A stretch of 31,879 nt of DNA, taken from assembly GCA_016840095.1 (NCBI GenBank), contig JAEOSZ010000060.1:1-31879 (forward strand). The letters run 5' to 3'. The notes beneath the pieces are model-generated. The model worked only from the letters and a program-made list of their open reading frames with translations, made no database searches and had not been told where the DNA came from. Numbering within the stretch: the stretch's first letter is position 1; each line of letters opens with the position of its first letter. The translations under genes and the position numbers were made by a program. The DNA comes from Candidatus Heimdallarchaeota archaeon (GTDB lineage Archaea > Asgardarchaeota > Heimdallarchaeia > Heimdallarchaeales > Heimdallarchaeaceae). Shown here piece after piece: positions 7,933 to 18,298 of the stretch.

Positions 7933-8379
7933 CTACTTCATTTCTTGATTATATACTCCGTATTTAGGTACTACGCCTATCATTGATTCAGTAACTGTTT
8001 CAATATGAAAGTAAATTAAATAGAATGATATGATAGAAAAGACAGTAGTTAACAAACTAATAATTAAAATTTGTAGTTTTTCTAAAGCTATTCTTCTTTG
8101 ATTTCTTATTGAAATTATAGTATTACCAGCTCCAATTCCTAATAAAACTATAGGTGCCAAATAATAAGCTCTAGGAATAACTCCCCAAGGATAAATTGAT
8201 GGATCCTGGTTTTCCCATTTTCCAAATGCAAATCCTAAAATTGAATTTATACCAAGAATACCAATTTGAATAAAAGGAAAAATCAATCTTTTCAGAAATT
8301 TTTTCATTTTTGGTTCTATTATTTGAGAAGACTCTAATCCAACTAATTTAGCTGTTTCATCGAGTTTTTCTCTTCTCAT
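7933..8379 (-). CDS. 3-TM membrane protein, paralog A; putative rSAM substrate (C-terminal VPKYGV)
   Basis: Same conserved blocks. It carries a canonical XYG motif near the C-terminus, and a TATA-like TTTTATAAA lies about 25-30 nt upstream of the ATG. Confidence 0.82.
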   Translation of the reverse strand: MRREKLDETAKLVGLESSQIIEPKMKKFLKRLIFPFIQIGILGINSILGFAFGKWENQDPSIYPWGVIPRAYYLAPIVLLGIGAGNTIISIRNQRRIALEKLQILIISLLTTVFSIISFYLIYFHIETVTESMIGVVPKYGVYNQEMK

Positions 8380-8429
8380 AATTACTATTATGATAGTTTA
8401 AGGATTTATAAAACTTATTCATTCTAAAG

Positions 8430-11400
8430 TCACAATGCTGCTTTAAGATATTCCCATGTATATCCTTTCTTTGAGGATACAATTTCTGAAACGTCTCCTT
8501 CAACAACTAAATATCCACCGTTTCTTGAACCTCCTTCAGGTCCAAGATCAATTATTCTATCTGCTTGTTTAATTATATCCATGTTATGATCAATTATAAC
8601 AACAGTGTTTTCTTCATCTGCTAATCTATGTATAACTTTGATTAGTTTATCTATATCATAGAAGTGAAGTCCCTGAGAAGGTTCATCGAGTAAGTAGATA
8701 CTCTTATCTTGTGTTCGTCTAGATAATTCTCGACTTATCTTCAAACGTTCTGCTTCTCCTCCAGAAATGGTTGTAGTTGGTTGTCCCATTTTTAGATATC
8801 CTAAACCTACATCTACAGCTAGTTGCAGCGGTTTGCGGATTTTCTCAATATTAGAAAACAGCTCAGTTGCTTCTTCAATGGTCATTTCTAGAATGTCGGA
8901 TATTGTCTTCTTTCTATACCTTGCTGAAAGAACATTTTTCTTGTATCGCTTTCCTTTACATAGTGGACACTGTATCCAAACATCCGACAAAAATAAGAGC
9001 TCTATTCTTCTCTCTCCAAGACCTCTGCATTCCGTACATTGTCCTTTTGATGTGTTGAAACTGAAGTGACCTGAAGATAATCCTTTTGCTTTAGCTTCAG
9101 GTAAATTTCCATAAAACTGTCTAATTTCATCAAATACTGCTAAGTAAGTTGCTGGATTAGATCTTCTTGATTTACTAAGAGATGATTGATCTACAATGAT
9201 CACTTTATCTAAATTTTCAAACCCTGATATTGATTTATGTTTTCCAACTTCAGTCTTCTTACCATGAATCTGTTTCTCTAAACTCTTTTGTAGAGTGTCT
9301 ATTACTAAGGAAGACTTACCTGCGCCAGATACTCCAGTTACTGCGTTAATTACACCTTTGCCAAATTTAACATCTATGTTTTTCAGATTATTCTGTGTTG
9401 CTCCTTTGATTTCTATAGATGACTCTATTTTTCTATTCTTCTTTGGAGTCTTAATTTTCTTTGTTCCTTGAATGTAACCTGCTGTTAAGATGTCGTCTCT
9501 TTCAAGTAACTCCTCTGTCGGTCCAATAGCTACTACTTCTCCTCCTTGATCTCCTCCCAAGGGACCGAGTTCAATTAGAATATCAGAATTCTTGATTATG
9601 ATATCATCATGTTCAACAATGATAACATGATTTGCATTATCTCGTAATTTTTTCAAAGTTGTTAGAAGCTTATCAATATCCCGAGGATGGAGTCCGATTG
9701 TTGGTTCGTCAAGCACGTATGTTACACCAATCAATCCACTGCCAATCTGTGATGCAAGACGAATTCTTTGAGCTTCTCCATTAGATAGAGTACTGGAACG
9801 TCTGTTTAGCGTAAGATAACTCAATCCTACATCAACAAGATATTCAGCTCTTTTCTTAAGCTCTACAAGAATTCTTTCTGCTATCTTAGTTCTTCTTTTG
9901 TCAAGCTTCAAATTAGTTAAGAAATCTTGGAAATCATCAACAGCGTATCTTGATAAATCATTAATTGATTTATTTCCTACTGTAATAGAAAGGACTTCTG
10001 GTTTGAGTTTTTTCCCTGAGCAATCTGGACAGCTATACTCACTGTAGTATTGATTCATTTTCTCTTTGCTTTTCCTTGACCAAGATGAATCTGTTTCTCT
10101 TTCCATCCAATTATCCCAGCGTTTAATTAACCCTTCCCATTCTCCTTTTCGTGTATATTCTGCAGATCCTCTTGATCTTTCTTGAGTAACTTTGATAGGA
10201 ACTTCTACACCTTTTGATCCATAGAAAAGCCCGTCCATCTGTTGAGGTGTAAAATCTTTCATAGGTGTATCTAATGTGAAACCAAAGTGCTTCCCTACAG
10301 ATTCTAACATGGATCTTCTCCACGATCGTGGATTAGTCATTCTCTGCGCTGAGTATGGACCTATAGCTCCTTCACTAATTGACTTATCCCAATCCTTTAC
10401 TATTTTTCTAATATCAAATTGTCTAATAACTCCCAATCCAGTACATGTTTGACATGCTCCTGAGTAATGATTAAAGCTAAATAATCTGGGGTGCATTTCT
10501 TCTGCTGCTTCAAAATCGTGATTTATACATTCAGCATAAATTGAGTAGGTGTGTTTGTTACCATTAAAATAAACCTCTGTTCTTCCCTTCCCTAATCCAA
10601 CAGCTGTTTCTACTGCTTCTGCTATTCTTGAAATGTTTTCATTCTTTATGCTAATTCTATCTAATACTACTGAAAGTGAACTTGATTTCTTTGCTTTGAT
10701 CTCTTCGTCAATCTGATAGTCTTTTCCGTCAATAACTACTCTATTATATCCTTGTTTTCTCAGCTCATTAATTGTCTTCTTGATATCCCTCTCTTCACCA
10801 TTTGACACAGAAGCTGCAACTATGATATTCTTATCTTTGTAGTCTTTTAAAATCAATTTAGCTATTTCATCTACTGTTCTGGACCTCAAAACAATATTAC
10901 ACTCAGGACAGTGAGGTATGCCTATTTTTGCGTATAGTAATCGTAAATAATCATAAATTTCTGTCGTAGTTGCTACTGTTGATCTTGGATTCTTTGAAAT
11001 CGAATGCTGATCAATCGCAATTGATGGAGTTAATCCAATAATATCATCAACATCAGCTCTTTCTGCTTTTGAAAGAAACTGTCTTGCATAACTACTAAGT
11101 GATTCAACAAATCTTCTTTGTCCTTCTGCAAATAGAGTATCAATTGCTAAAGAACTCTTTCCTGAACCGCTTGGACCTGTTATAACTACAAGCTTCTCTT
11201 TTGGAATATCTAGATCAATATTCTTTAGATTGTTCTTTGAAGCACCTCTAACATAGAGATAATTTGCTGGATCTAAATCATCCTCGTGAATGCTTCTCTT
11301 TCCTTTCTCGAAAGTTTTCACTTCATTGAATAATACTTTTCTAAGAGCTTGACCTGTATAAGACAATTCATTTTCTGCTATCTCTTCTGGAGTACCAAAA

Positions 11401-14180
11401 TCAACAACATAACCACCTTGTTCAGCTCCTCCTTCTGGACCCAAATCTAGCACATAATCACATGACTTGATTACATCTAAGTTGTGTTCAATTATTAGAC
11501 AAGTATTACCATTTGAAACTAATCTTTGAAGGACTGCTAACAGCTTCTTAATGTCTGCAAAACTTAATCCTGTTGTGGCTTCATCAAGTATATACAGTGT
11601 TTGTCCAGTAGCTCTCTTAGACAGCTCTCGACTTAGTTTTATCCTCTGTCCTTCTCCCCCTGAGATTGTTGTGCTTGGTTGTCCTAATTGTATATAATCT
11701 AACCCTACATCAACAAGTGTCTGGAGTATATTCCTAATTTTTGGAATGTTCTCAAAAACTTTGATTGCTTTACTAACAGTCATGTTTAAAATATCTGCAA
11801 TGGAATACCCAGAGTACTTGATCTTTAAAGTTTCATCATCGTATCTGTTCCCTTTGCATATCTCGCATTCAACATCTACATTAGGCAGAAGTGACATTTC
11901 TATTGTATTATAACCGTGTCCTTTACAAGCTTCACATTGACCTATCTTTGTGTTGAAGCTAAACCTTGTTTTTGTATAACCTCTTATTTTAGCTGTAGGT
12001 AGTGATGCAAACAGATCTCTTATGTGATCCATCACTTTGGTATAAGTTGCAGGATTTGATCTTGTTGTTCTTCCTATAGGTGACTGATCAATTACTACAA
12101 CTTTATCGATATTTTTTACTCCTTCGATCGCTTCATACTTCCCTTCTTTTCTATTACCATTATGCAACTTGTTTACTAAGATTGGGTACAATGTATCTGC
12201 GACTAAAGAAGATTTTCCACTTCCTGATACTCCTGTTACAGCTGTAAAGGCTCCTATAGGGATATTAGCAGTGATATTTTTCAGATTGTTATGCGATGCT
12301 CCTTTCAATGTGATGAAGGTTTCACTTTCTCTTCGTACTTTAGGTATTTCTATCTCATCTAAACCAAGTAAATATCTTGCTGTTATTGATTTCTTACCAT
12401 CTTCAGCTATTAGCTTCTCTGGTTCCTTTAAGAATAGAAATTCTCCTCCTTCATCACCAGCATATGGACCTAAATCTAGGAGTAGATCAGCTGTTCTCAT
12501 TGTATCTTCATCATGTTCTACAACTAGTAAGCTATTCCCCCCATCTCTTAGAGTTTGTAACGAGTGCAGAAGTTTCTCATTATCCCTATTTGCAAGTCCG
12601 ATACTAGGTTCGTCGAGGATATAAGTTACTCCTTGAAGTTTAGCTCCAATCTGTGTGGCTAATCTGGTTCGTTGACTTTCTCCTCCACTAAGTTCGTGTG
12701 CTCCTCTATCGAGTGTGAGGTAATGTAATCCAACTTCTATTAGAAATGATAATCTATTTCTTATTTCTTTGAGTAAGGGTTTAGCTATGATATTTTCTTC
12801 TTCATTCAGCTTAACATTGTCAAAGAATTCTAGACATTTATCTATCTCAAGTTTGTTTAGTTCGGAGATATTCTTGCCTTTAAATAGAACTGCTAGACTT
12901 TCTGGTTTCAACCTTTGACCATTACAATCAGGACATGTAGATTGATCCATTAGGCTCTCTAACATCTTTCTTCTGCTTTCAGCTGAAACTCTGTGATAAG
13001 CTTCAGATGTTAATGGAATCATTCCTCTCCATCTTGCTGTCCACTCTCCCTTTCCGCTCCAATTACTAGTTTGTGTATCCCAGCTCCATTCAAAGTGATA
13101 TTCTTGTCCCCCTGTTCCCCAAAGCATGATGTCTTGTTGTTCTTTAGTAAGTTTATTCCAGGGAATATTAATATCAAATCCATGTTCCTTAGCTATAGTA
13201 TTTAGATTTCTTAGTCCTAAAGAGATGTATGTGATATGTTTCTTAGTACTGGTCATTGTAGCAATTGCACCATCAGCAATCGATAGCTCTGGATGAGCTA
13301 CATATTTCTCTGGAACAATTTGAGAAATCTTTCCAATACCTCTACACCTCTTGCATGCTCCAACAGCTGTATTGTGAGAGAAATCTCTGGGATTAAATTC
13401 ATTAACTGCTAAACCACAAGTAGGGCATACAAGTTTAGTTGAGAAGATTCTTTGATCTTTTTCACCAATTATCTTGAGTCTACCAGTTGCTAATTCTAAA
13501 GCTAAGTTTACGCTATCAAGAATGGAAGGTTCATTCTTTCGTTCACATTTATTCCTGTCAACTATAATATCAATATCATGGGCTACATATCTTTCTAAGG
13601 AAACTTCTTCATCATCTAAATTTACTTCTTTGCCATCAATGATTAATCGAACATATCCTTCTTCTTTCCATTGAGCAAGTTCTTTCCTATACTCCCCTTT
13701 TCTTTGCTCAAACATAGGAGCAACTATCTTGATTCTCTGTCCATCAAAAGAAGCAAAAATCTGTTCGATAACTTGATCTGTGGGTTGTGCTTCAATCTTA
13801 ATTTTACAAGCTGGACAATGAGGAATACCTACTCTTGCATATAGAACACGCATATAATCATAAATCTCTGTAAGAGTTCCAACAGTACTTCTAGGGTTGC
13901 GAGATATAGTCTTCTGATCAATAGAAATAGTGGGTCGTAATCCATCTATGTGTTCAACATCTGGCCTATCAAAATTTCCTATAAACTGTCTTGCATAAGC
14001 AGAAAGTGTTTCCATGTATCTTCTCTGTGCTTCTAAGTAGATTGTGTCGAAAGCTAGAGAACTCTTACCACTTCCTGAGATACCCGTTATAACCACTAGT
14101 TTATCATGCGGAATATCCACTGAAACATTGCGTAAATTATTCTCTTGTGCACCCACAACTCTAATTGAATCCTTCACCAC
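8430..14180 (-). CDS. uvrA: Excinuclease ABC subunit A, double-length (two UvrA units fused in tandem)
   Basis: Four Walker A motifs ([32 protein letters not shown]) and four signatures ([32 protein letters not shown]). It has duplicated QRRx[MV]ExLSxYARQF and NPRSTV motifs and multiple CxxC zinc modules. The start is likely the GTG at 14180 or 14177 after AGGTG. The 14318 start would overlap the divergent MFS gene. Confidence 0.95.
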   Translation of the reverse strand: MVKDSIRVVGAQENNLRNVSVDIPHDKLVVITGISGSGKSSLAFDTIYLEAQRRYMETLSAYARQFIGNFDRPDVEHIDGLRPTISIDQKTISRNPRSTVGTLTEIYDYMRVLYARVGIPHCPACKIKIEAQPTDQVIEQIFASFDGQRIKIVAPMFEQRKGEYRKELAQWKEEGYVRLIIDGKEVNLDDEEVSLERYVAHDIDIIVDRNKCERKNEPSILDSVNLALELATGRLKIIGEKDQRIFSTKLVCPTCGLAVNEFNPRDFSHNTAVGACKRCRGIGKISQIVPEKYVAHPELSIADGAIATMTSTKKHITYISLGLRNLNTIAKEHGFDINIPWNKLTKEQQDIMLWGTGGQEYHFEWSWDTQTSNWSGKGEWTARWRGMIPLTSEAYHRVSAESRRKMLESLMDQSTCPDCNGQRLKPESLAVLFKGKNISELNKLEIDKCLEFFDNVKLNEEENIIAKPLLKEIRNRLSFLIEVGLHYLTLDRGAHELSGGESQRTRLATQIGAKLQGVTYILDEPSIGLANRDNEKLLHSLQTLRDGGNSLLVVEHDEDTMRTADLLLDLGPYAGDEGGEFLFLKEPEKLIAEDGKKSITARYLLGLDEIEIPKVRRESETFITLKGASHNNLKNITANIPIGAFTAVTGVSGSGKSSLVADTLYPILVNKLHNGNRKEGKYEAIEGVKNIDKVVVIDQSPIGRTTRSNPATYTKVMDHIRDLFASLPTAKIRGYTKTRFSFNTKIGQCEACKGHGYNTIEMSLLPNVDVECEICKGNRYDDETLKIKYSGYSIADILNMTVSKAIKVFENIPKIRNILQTLVDVGLDYIQLGQPSTTISGGEGQRIKLSRELSKRATGQTLYILDEATTGLSFADIKKLLAVLQRLVSNGNTCLIIEHNLDVIKSCDYVLDLGPEGGAEQGGYVVDFGTPEEIAENELSYTGQALRKVLFNEVKTFEKGKRSIHEDDLDPANYLYVRGASKNNLKNIDLDIPKEKLVVITGPSGSGKSSLAIDTLFAEGQRRFVESLSSYARQFLSKAERADVDDIIGLTPSIAIDQHSISKNPRSTVATTTEIYDYLRLLYAKIGIPHCPECNIVLRSRTVDEIAKLILKDYKDKNIIVAASVSNGEERDIKKTINELRKQGYNRVVIDGKDYQIDEEIKAKKSSSLSVVLDRISIKNENISRIAEAVETAVGLGKGRTEVYFNGNKHTYSIYAECINHDFEAAEEMHPRLFSFNHYSGACQTCTGLGVIRQFDIRKIVKDWDKSISEGAIGPYSAQRMTNPRSWRRSMLESVGKHFGFTLDTPMKDFTPQQMDGLFYGSKGVEVPIKVTQERSRGSAEYTRKGEWEGLIKRWDNWMERETDSSWSRKSKEKMNQYYSEYSCPDCSGKKLKPEVLSITVGNKSINDLSRYAVDDFQDFLTNLKLDKRRTKIAERILVELKKRAEYLVDVGLSYLTLNRRSSTLSNGEAQRIRLASQIGSGLIGVTYVLDEPTIGLHPRDIDKLLTTLKKLRDNANHVIIVEHDDIIIKNSDILIELGPLGGDQGGEVVAIGPTEELLERDDILTAGYIQGTKKIKTPKKNRKIESSIEIKGATQNNLKNIDVKFGKGVINAVTGVSGAGKSSLVIDTLQKSLEKQIHGKKTEVGKHKSISGFENLDKVIIVDQSSLSKSRRSNPATYLAVFDEIRQFYGNLPEAKAKGLSSGHFSFNTSKGQCTECRGLGERRIELLFLSDVWIQCPLCKGKRYKKNVLSARYRKKTISDILEMTIEEATELFSNIEKIRKPLQLAVDVGLGYLKMGQPTTTISGGEAERLKISRELSRRTQDKSIYLLDEPSQGLHFYDIDKLIKVIHRLADEENTVVIIDHNMDIIKQADRIIDLGPEGGSRNGGYLVVEGDVSEIVSSKKGYTWEYLKAAL

Positions 14181-14283
14181 AGCAGACACCTGAACTTGTT
14201 TCAGAAACCTATTTTCAACTCTTGATTTTAGTATATAAAGGTGGAGTTTTGCTAAAAAACTTATAAAGAAGTATGTGTTTTCA

Positions 14284-15552
14284 ATGGTTATGAATTCTGT
14301 AGGAACAACTGAATACAAAGTCTATGGATATCGTTGGATTGTTTTGCTTTTGTTTGGATTTGCTACACTGATTAACCAGATTATCTGGATAACTTTTGCT
14401 GCTATCACTCCAAAAGCTATGGACTTCTATGGAAAAACAAAAACAACTCCAATATTCATGCTCTCGTTGGTATTCATGTTAGTATACATTATTATGAATA
14501 TCCCTGCTGCATTTGCAATAGATAAATTTGGTTTAAAATGGGGTACAGGAATAGGTGTTATATTAACTGGTGTTTTTGGAATCCTAAGAGCAGTTTCAGA
14601 TCAATACCATTGGGTTTTGATTTTCCAGATTGGATGTGCTATTGGACAACCATTTCTCCTAAACTCTTTCACCAAAGTATCTGCAAATTGGTTTGGTGCT
14701 GAAGAAAAAGCTCTTGCAACAAGTTTAGGTACTGCATTTGTTCTACTAGGTGTTTTACTTGGTATGTTCATTACTCCATTTCTCGTACCAGGCACTGATT
14801 TAACTCTTATGCTTTACATCTATGGTGGTATTGCCCTCGCTATGATGGTGATTTATTTGATTTTTGTTAGAGATAAACCTCCAACACCTGCTAATGCTTA
14901 CAGTGATGTCGTAAAAACTTTCGATTTAAGAGGAACCTTCGATCTGTTCAAGAACAAAGATTTCAACATTTTACTCGTATTATTCCTATTTGGTGCAGGA
15001 ACCTTCAATGCAGTGTCAACAGTTATGGCAGATCTTTTCCATTCAATCTTTGATAAAACTCTAGGACCTTTAGTTGCAGATGATCTTTATGGTATTTTAG
15101 GAGGAATTATGATAGTTGGTGGTATTGCGGGTGCAATAATCCTCTCAACGATTTCAGATAAAATCCAGAAGAGAAAAAGGTTTCTTATAATCAATGCAAT
15201 CTCAGGAACAGTTCTGACACTAGCATTCTTCATTGTGGAGAAGTATGTAGCTAACTTTGTTATTCAATATGCGCTTCATTGCGTTATTGGTTTCGTCTTC
15301 GGTTTTCTGCTTATTTCTGCGCTACCTGTTGGACTGACTTTCGCTGCTGAAATAACTCACCCAATGCCAGAAGAAACGTCTAATGGATGGTTGATGTGGG
15401 TAGGTCAAGTTGGAGGAGTAATTTTAATAATGATCGCTATGTTTGGTATACAAAGTGATGTATTCAACTTTATAATTTATGCAGCAATTATGTTCATAAC
15501 TATAATTTTCTCATTCTTTATGAACGACTTAGATGCTTATAAGTTAAAATAA
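14284..15552 (+). CDS. MFS transporter (FLVCR/SLC49-like subfamily)
   Basis: About 12 TM segments. Motifs YKVYGYRWIVL, DKFGLKW, GQPFLLNSFTKVSANWF, PPTP, SDKIQKRK and AAEITHP. The start is the ATG at 14284 or 14290. Confidence 0.88.
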   Translation: MVMNSVGTTEYKVYGYRWIVLLLFGFATLINQIIWITFAAITPKAMDFYGKTKTTPIFMLSLVFMLVYIIMNIPAAFAIDKFGLKWGTGIGVILTGVFGILRAVSDQYHWVLIFQIGCAIGQPFLLNSFTKVSANWFGAEEKALATSLGTAFVLLGVLLGMFITPFLVPGTDLTLMLYIYGGIALAMMVIYLIFVRDKPPTPANAYSDVVKTFDLRGTFDLFKNKDFNILLVLFLFGAGTFNAVSTVMADLFHSIFDKTLGPLVADDLYGILGGIMIVGGIAGAIILSTISDKIQKRKRFLIINAISGTVLTLAFFIVEKYVANFVIQYALHCVIGFVFGFLLISALPVGLTFAAEITHPMPEETSNGWLMWVGQVGGVILIMIAMFGIQSDVFNFIIYAAIMFITIIFSFFMNDLDAYKLK

Positions 15553-15555
15553 GCA

Positions 15556-15582
15556 TTTTTCTTTTCTCTTCTTTTTTTTTTG
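15556..15582 (+). terminator. Oligo-T/pyrimidine-rich archaeal-type terminator
   Basis: tttttcttttctcttctttttttttt immediately follows the MFS stop codon. Confidence 0.55.
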
Positions 15583-15642
15583 GTAAAACTGAATAAATTT
15601 ATAGTCATTTAGGAGAATCTTATCTAGTATGCTAGTGATATT

Positions 15643-16506
15643 ATGAGTCATATAAGAGATATACATCATGTTCAGAAAAGTAGAGTTACAATGGAAGGAG
15701 CTGGAGTCAGACTCAAAAGAGCATTTGGAGAAGTACATCCAAAACTAGATCCATTTCTGTTACTTGATGCTTTTGGTTCAGATAATCCAGAAGATTACCT
15801 AGCTGGTTTTCCATGGCATCCTCATCGAGGAATTGAGACTATTACCTATATGCTAAAAGGACGAGTAAAACACGAGGACAGCTTAGGTAATGCAGGTGTA
15901 ATTGAAACAGGTGATGTTCAGTGGATGACTGCTGGAAGTGGAATAGTTCATCAAGAAATGCCTGAAAAAGCTAAAGGAATGATGGTTGGATTTCAGCTTT
16001 GGGCTAATCTACCTTCTTCGCATAAGATGATGGGTCCAAGATATCGTGATGTTAAAAAAGATGATATTCCTACTGTCATTATAAACAAAAATGTAGAAGT
16101 CAAAATAGTATGTGGTGAAATTGATGGTGTGAAAGGTCCTGTTCAAGATATTATAACGGATCCTGAATATCTAGATGTATCTATGAAACCCAACTCAAAG
16201 TTTACCCATTCAATCACATATGGAAAAAACGCTTTTGCTTACATATTTGAGGGTGAGGGTATGTTTTCTCCAAAAACAACTAAGATTTTTAGCAAAGATG
16301 ATCTTGTAGTCTATGAAGATGGAGATGAAGTTGAGATTCTGACTTCTGATAATCCAGTACGTTTTCTACTCGTTTCTGGAAAACCAATAGGAGAATCTGT
16401 AGCTTGGGGAGGACCTATTGTTATGAACACTGATGAAGAAATTAGAACAGCATTTGCAGAATATAGAAATGGAACATTTTTGAAACATGAACAAAAAGAA
16501 GATTAA
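15643..16506 (+). CDS. Pirin family protein (bicupin)
   Basis: EGAGVRLKR, DPFLLLD, GFPWHPHRGIETITY, WMTAGSGIVHQE, FQLWANLP, GPIVMNT. Confidence 0.95.
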   Translation: MSHIRDIHHVQKSRVTMEGAGVRLKRAFGEVHPKLDPFLLLDAFGSDNPEDYLAGFPWHPHRGIETITYMLKGRVKHEDSLGNAGVIETGDVQWMTAGSGIVHQEMPEKAKGMMVGFQLWANLPSSHKMMGPRYRDVKKDDIPTVIINKNVEVKIVCGEIDGVKGPVQDIITDPEYLDVSMKPNSKFTHSITYGKNAFAYIFEGEGMFSPKTTKIFSKDDLVVYEDGDEVEILTSDNPVRFLLVSGKPIGESVAWGGPIVMNTDEEIRTAFAEYRNGTFLKHEQKED

Positions 16507-17075
16507 ATTGGATTCAATTCTCTATACTCTTCCACTAGAATGTCCATAACTAAATCATCAACATATTTTCCTGCCACAAAGGAAGCTTTTCTCCTGACAC
16601 CAGTTTCTTTGAAACCAAGCTTCTTGTAAATGTGTCTTCCTGATACTAGAAAATCGTAAACGTGTAGCTCAAGTCTATGCAAATTCAGAACATCAAAACC
16701 TATTTTCATGATGCATTCAACAGCATCTGTACCATAACCTTTACCTTGATTTTCGGGATTATAAATTGCTACACTCATGAAAGCTGTTCTACTAACATAA
16801 TTTACTCTCTTCAAGGCTACAATACCTAAGAATTTGCCAGTTTCCTTTTCCAGAATTACAAGATTATAAGCTTCCCCCTTTTGCATTTCTTTGTCTACTC
16901 TTTTAATCCACTCTTCTCTCTGTTGTCTTGATTCTGGAATATATTTGCCTAATCCAATTCTCATCTCATAAGTATTCCAATGCTCCATGATGTCATCTAA
17001 ATCATCCATTTCAACCGCTCTGAGCTTAACTTTTTTACCAATAAATGGAGACTTGAATTCTATTTCTGAAGACAT
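16503..17075 (-). CDS. GNAT N-acetyltransferase (RimJ/RimL/SpeG-like)
   Basis: GKKVKLRAVE, QGKGYGT acetyl-CoA motif, LNLHRLEL, YKKLGFKETG. Confidence 0.9.
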   Translation of the reverse strand: MSSEIEFKSPFIGKKVKLRAVEMDDLDDIMEHWNTYEMRIGLGKYIPESRQQREEWIKRVDKEMQKGEAYNLVILEKETGKFLGIVALKRVNYVSRTAFMSVAIYNPENQGKGYGTDAVECIMKIGFDVLNLHRLELHVYDFLVSGRHIYKKLGFKETGVRRKASFVAGKYVDDLVMDILVEEYRELNPI

Positions 17076-17147
17076 AATGCAAAATAAAACTACATATTAA
17101 TATGAATTTTCATGAGTAATATGAAAAAAAAAGAAAGAATGAGTAAA

Positions 17148-18170
17148 TTATTTTCTTCTTCTTAAGAGAACTAACCCAAGAACCATTAGTGCTCCAGTTC
17201 CAATAACAACTAGTTCTAAAGATCCAGTTCTGAAAACAGAATCATCAGTTCCTAAGGAAGGATCATAAACTACATCATCTTCAAACTGTTCGAAGCTGAG
17301 ATATGTTTGCAAAGTTCCATCTCCCAAAGATGCATGAGATGCATTTACTGTTCTATATTGATAGGTATTAGAAACATTGTACTTCGCTTGTTTAGCATAA
17401 GCAAAATGTCCTTCGACACCTTCACCTGAAATCTTGTACATTTGTTTAATATCACCAGTACTCTCTACTCTATATTCTTCACCAGTTGTGTTAGATTTTG
17501 TTTCACAAATTAATCCATTGGTATCGTTTAACATATAGGTATGCTTTAGAGGAGTAATATCGAATCTTAGTGCCAAATATGTATCATTTCTTTGGAAAGG
17601 ATAGTTGTTCATAGCAACATCGAATTTGAGTTCAGTTTTACCTAATACTTGGTACCCATCAACAATAGTATCATCTAAGTACATATGGACTCTTAATTCA
17701 ATTTCAAAGTCACTGAAAAATGGATCCATTATAGTATCTGAAGTAAAATTGAAATGAACTGCTGAAACTGTGTCTGTGTCTGCTAAGTATTCTACCTCAA
17801 ATCCACTAAAAACCCATCTAACACTTGATAAAGCTAGACTGTTTGGCTGTGGAGGCATTGGGGGCATAGGGTCATCTTTCCATATACTTGTTTCATTATA
17901 TTGGAAGACACCATCCTCATTGAAATCTAAATACTCAATAACGGATTTGAACATAACATTGAATTCAAAATCACTTTTATCTTCAACATATTGAAACTTT
18001 GGAACCATTCCGCCAGCATTAACTTTGATAGTTACACTATCATAAGTGAGTGTTACTAATTTATTCTGTTCTTGATAATTTAGCACCTTTGCGTCTGCTG
18101 AAACCTGAGTAAGGGTTACGAGCATTAGAAGCATCATGCTTAGTCCAATTATTTTTGCTTTGTGATTCAT
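17148..18170 (-). CDS. Secreted/surface protein with N-terminal signal peptide and C-terminal TM anchor (LLRRRK)
   Basis: Signal-like MNHKAKIIGLSMMLLMLVTLTQVSA, a beta-rich body with several NxS/T sequons, and VYDPSLG followed by a TM helix and basic tail. The start is the ATG at 18170 or the TTG at 18179. Confidence 0.8.
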   Translation of the reverse strand: MNHKAKIIGLSMMLLMLVTLTQVSADAKVLNYQEQNKLVTLTYDSVTIKVNAGGMVPKFQYVEDKSDFEFNVMFKSVIEYLDFNEDGVFQYNETSIWKDDPMPPMPPQPNSLALSSVRWVFSGFEVEYLADTDTVSAVHFNFTSDTIMDPFFSDFEIELRVHMYLDDTIVDGYQVLGKTELKFDVAMNNYPFQRNDTYLALRFDITPLKHTYMLNDTNGLICETKSNTTGEEYRVESTGDIKQMYKISGEGVEGHFAYAKQAKYNVSNTYQYRTVNASHASLGDGTLQTYLSFEQFEDDVVYDPSLGTDDSVFRTGSLELVVIGTGALMVLGLVLLRRRK

Positions 18171-18298
18171 TTTCACCAAGCAATAATTCTCATCATTTTT
18201 TGAATAGGTTCTTATTTAGATGTCTAAAGGTAGTCTACTTTAGAAAAATAAAGTAAAATTGAAGTAGAACAAATATTAATAAGTAGTATACTTTTGAT

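Noticed and set aside
14181-14318. N-terminal extension of UvrA given by the ORF track
   Set aside because: It overlaps the divergent MFS start and the shared promoter region. UvrA homology begins at KDSIRVVGA, and an AGGTG RBS precedes the GTG at 14180/14177.
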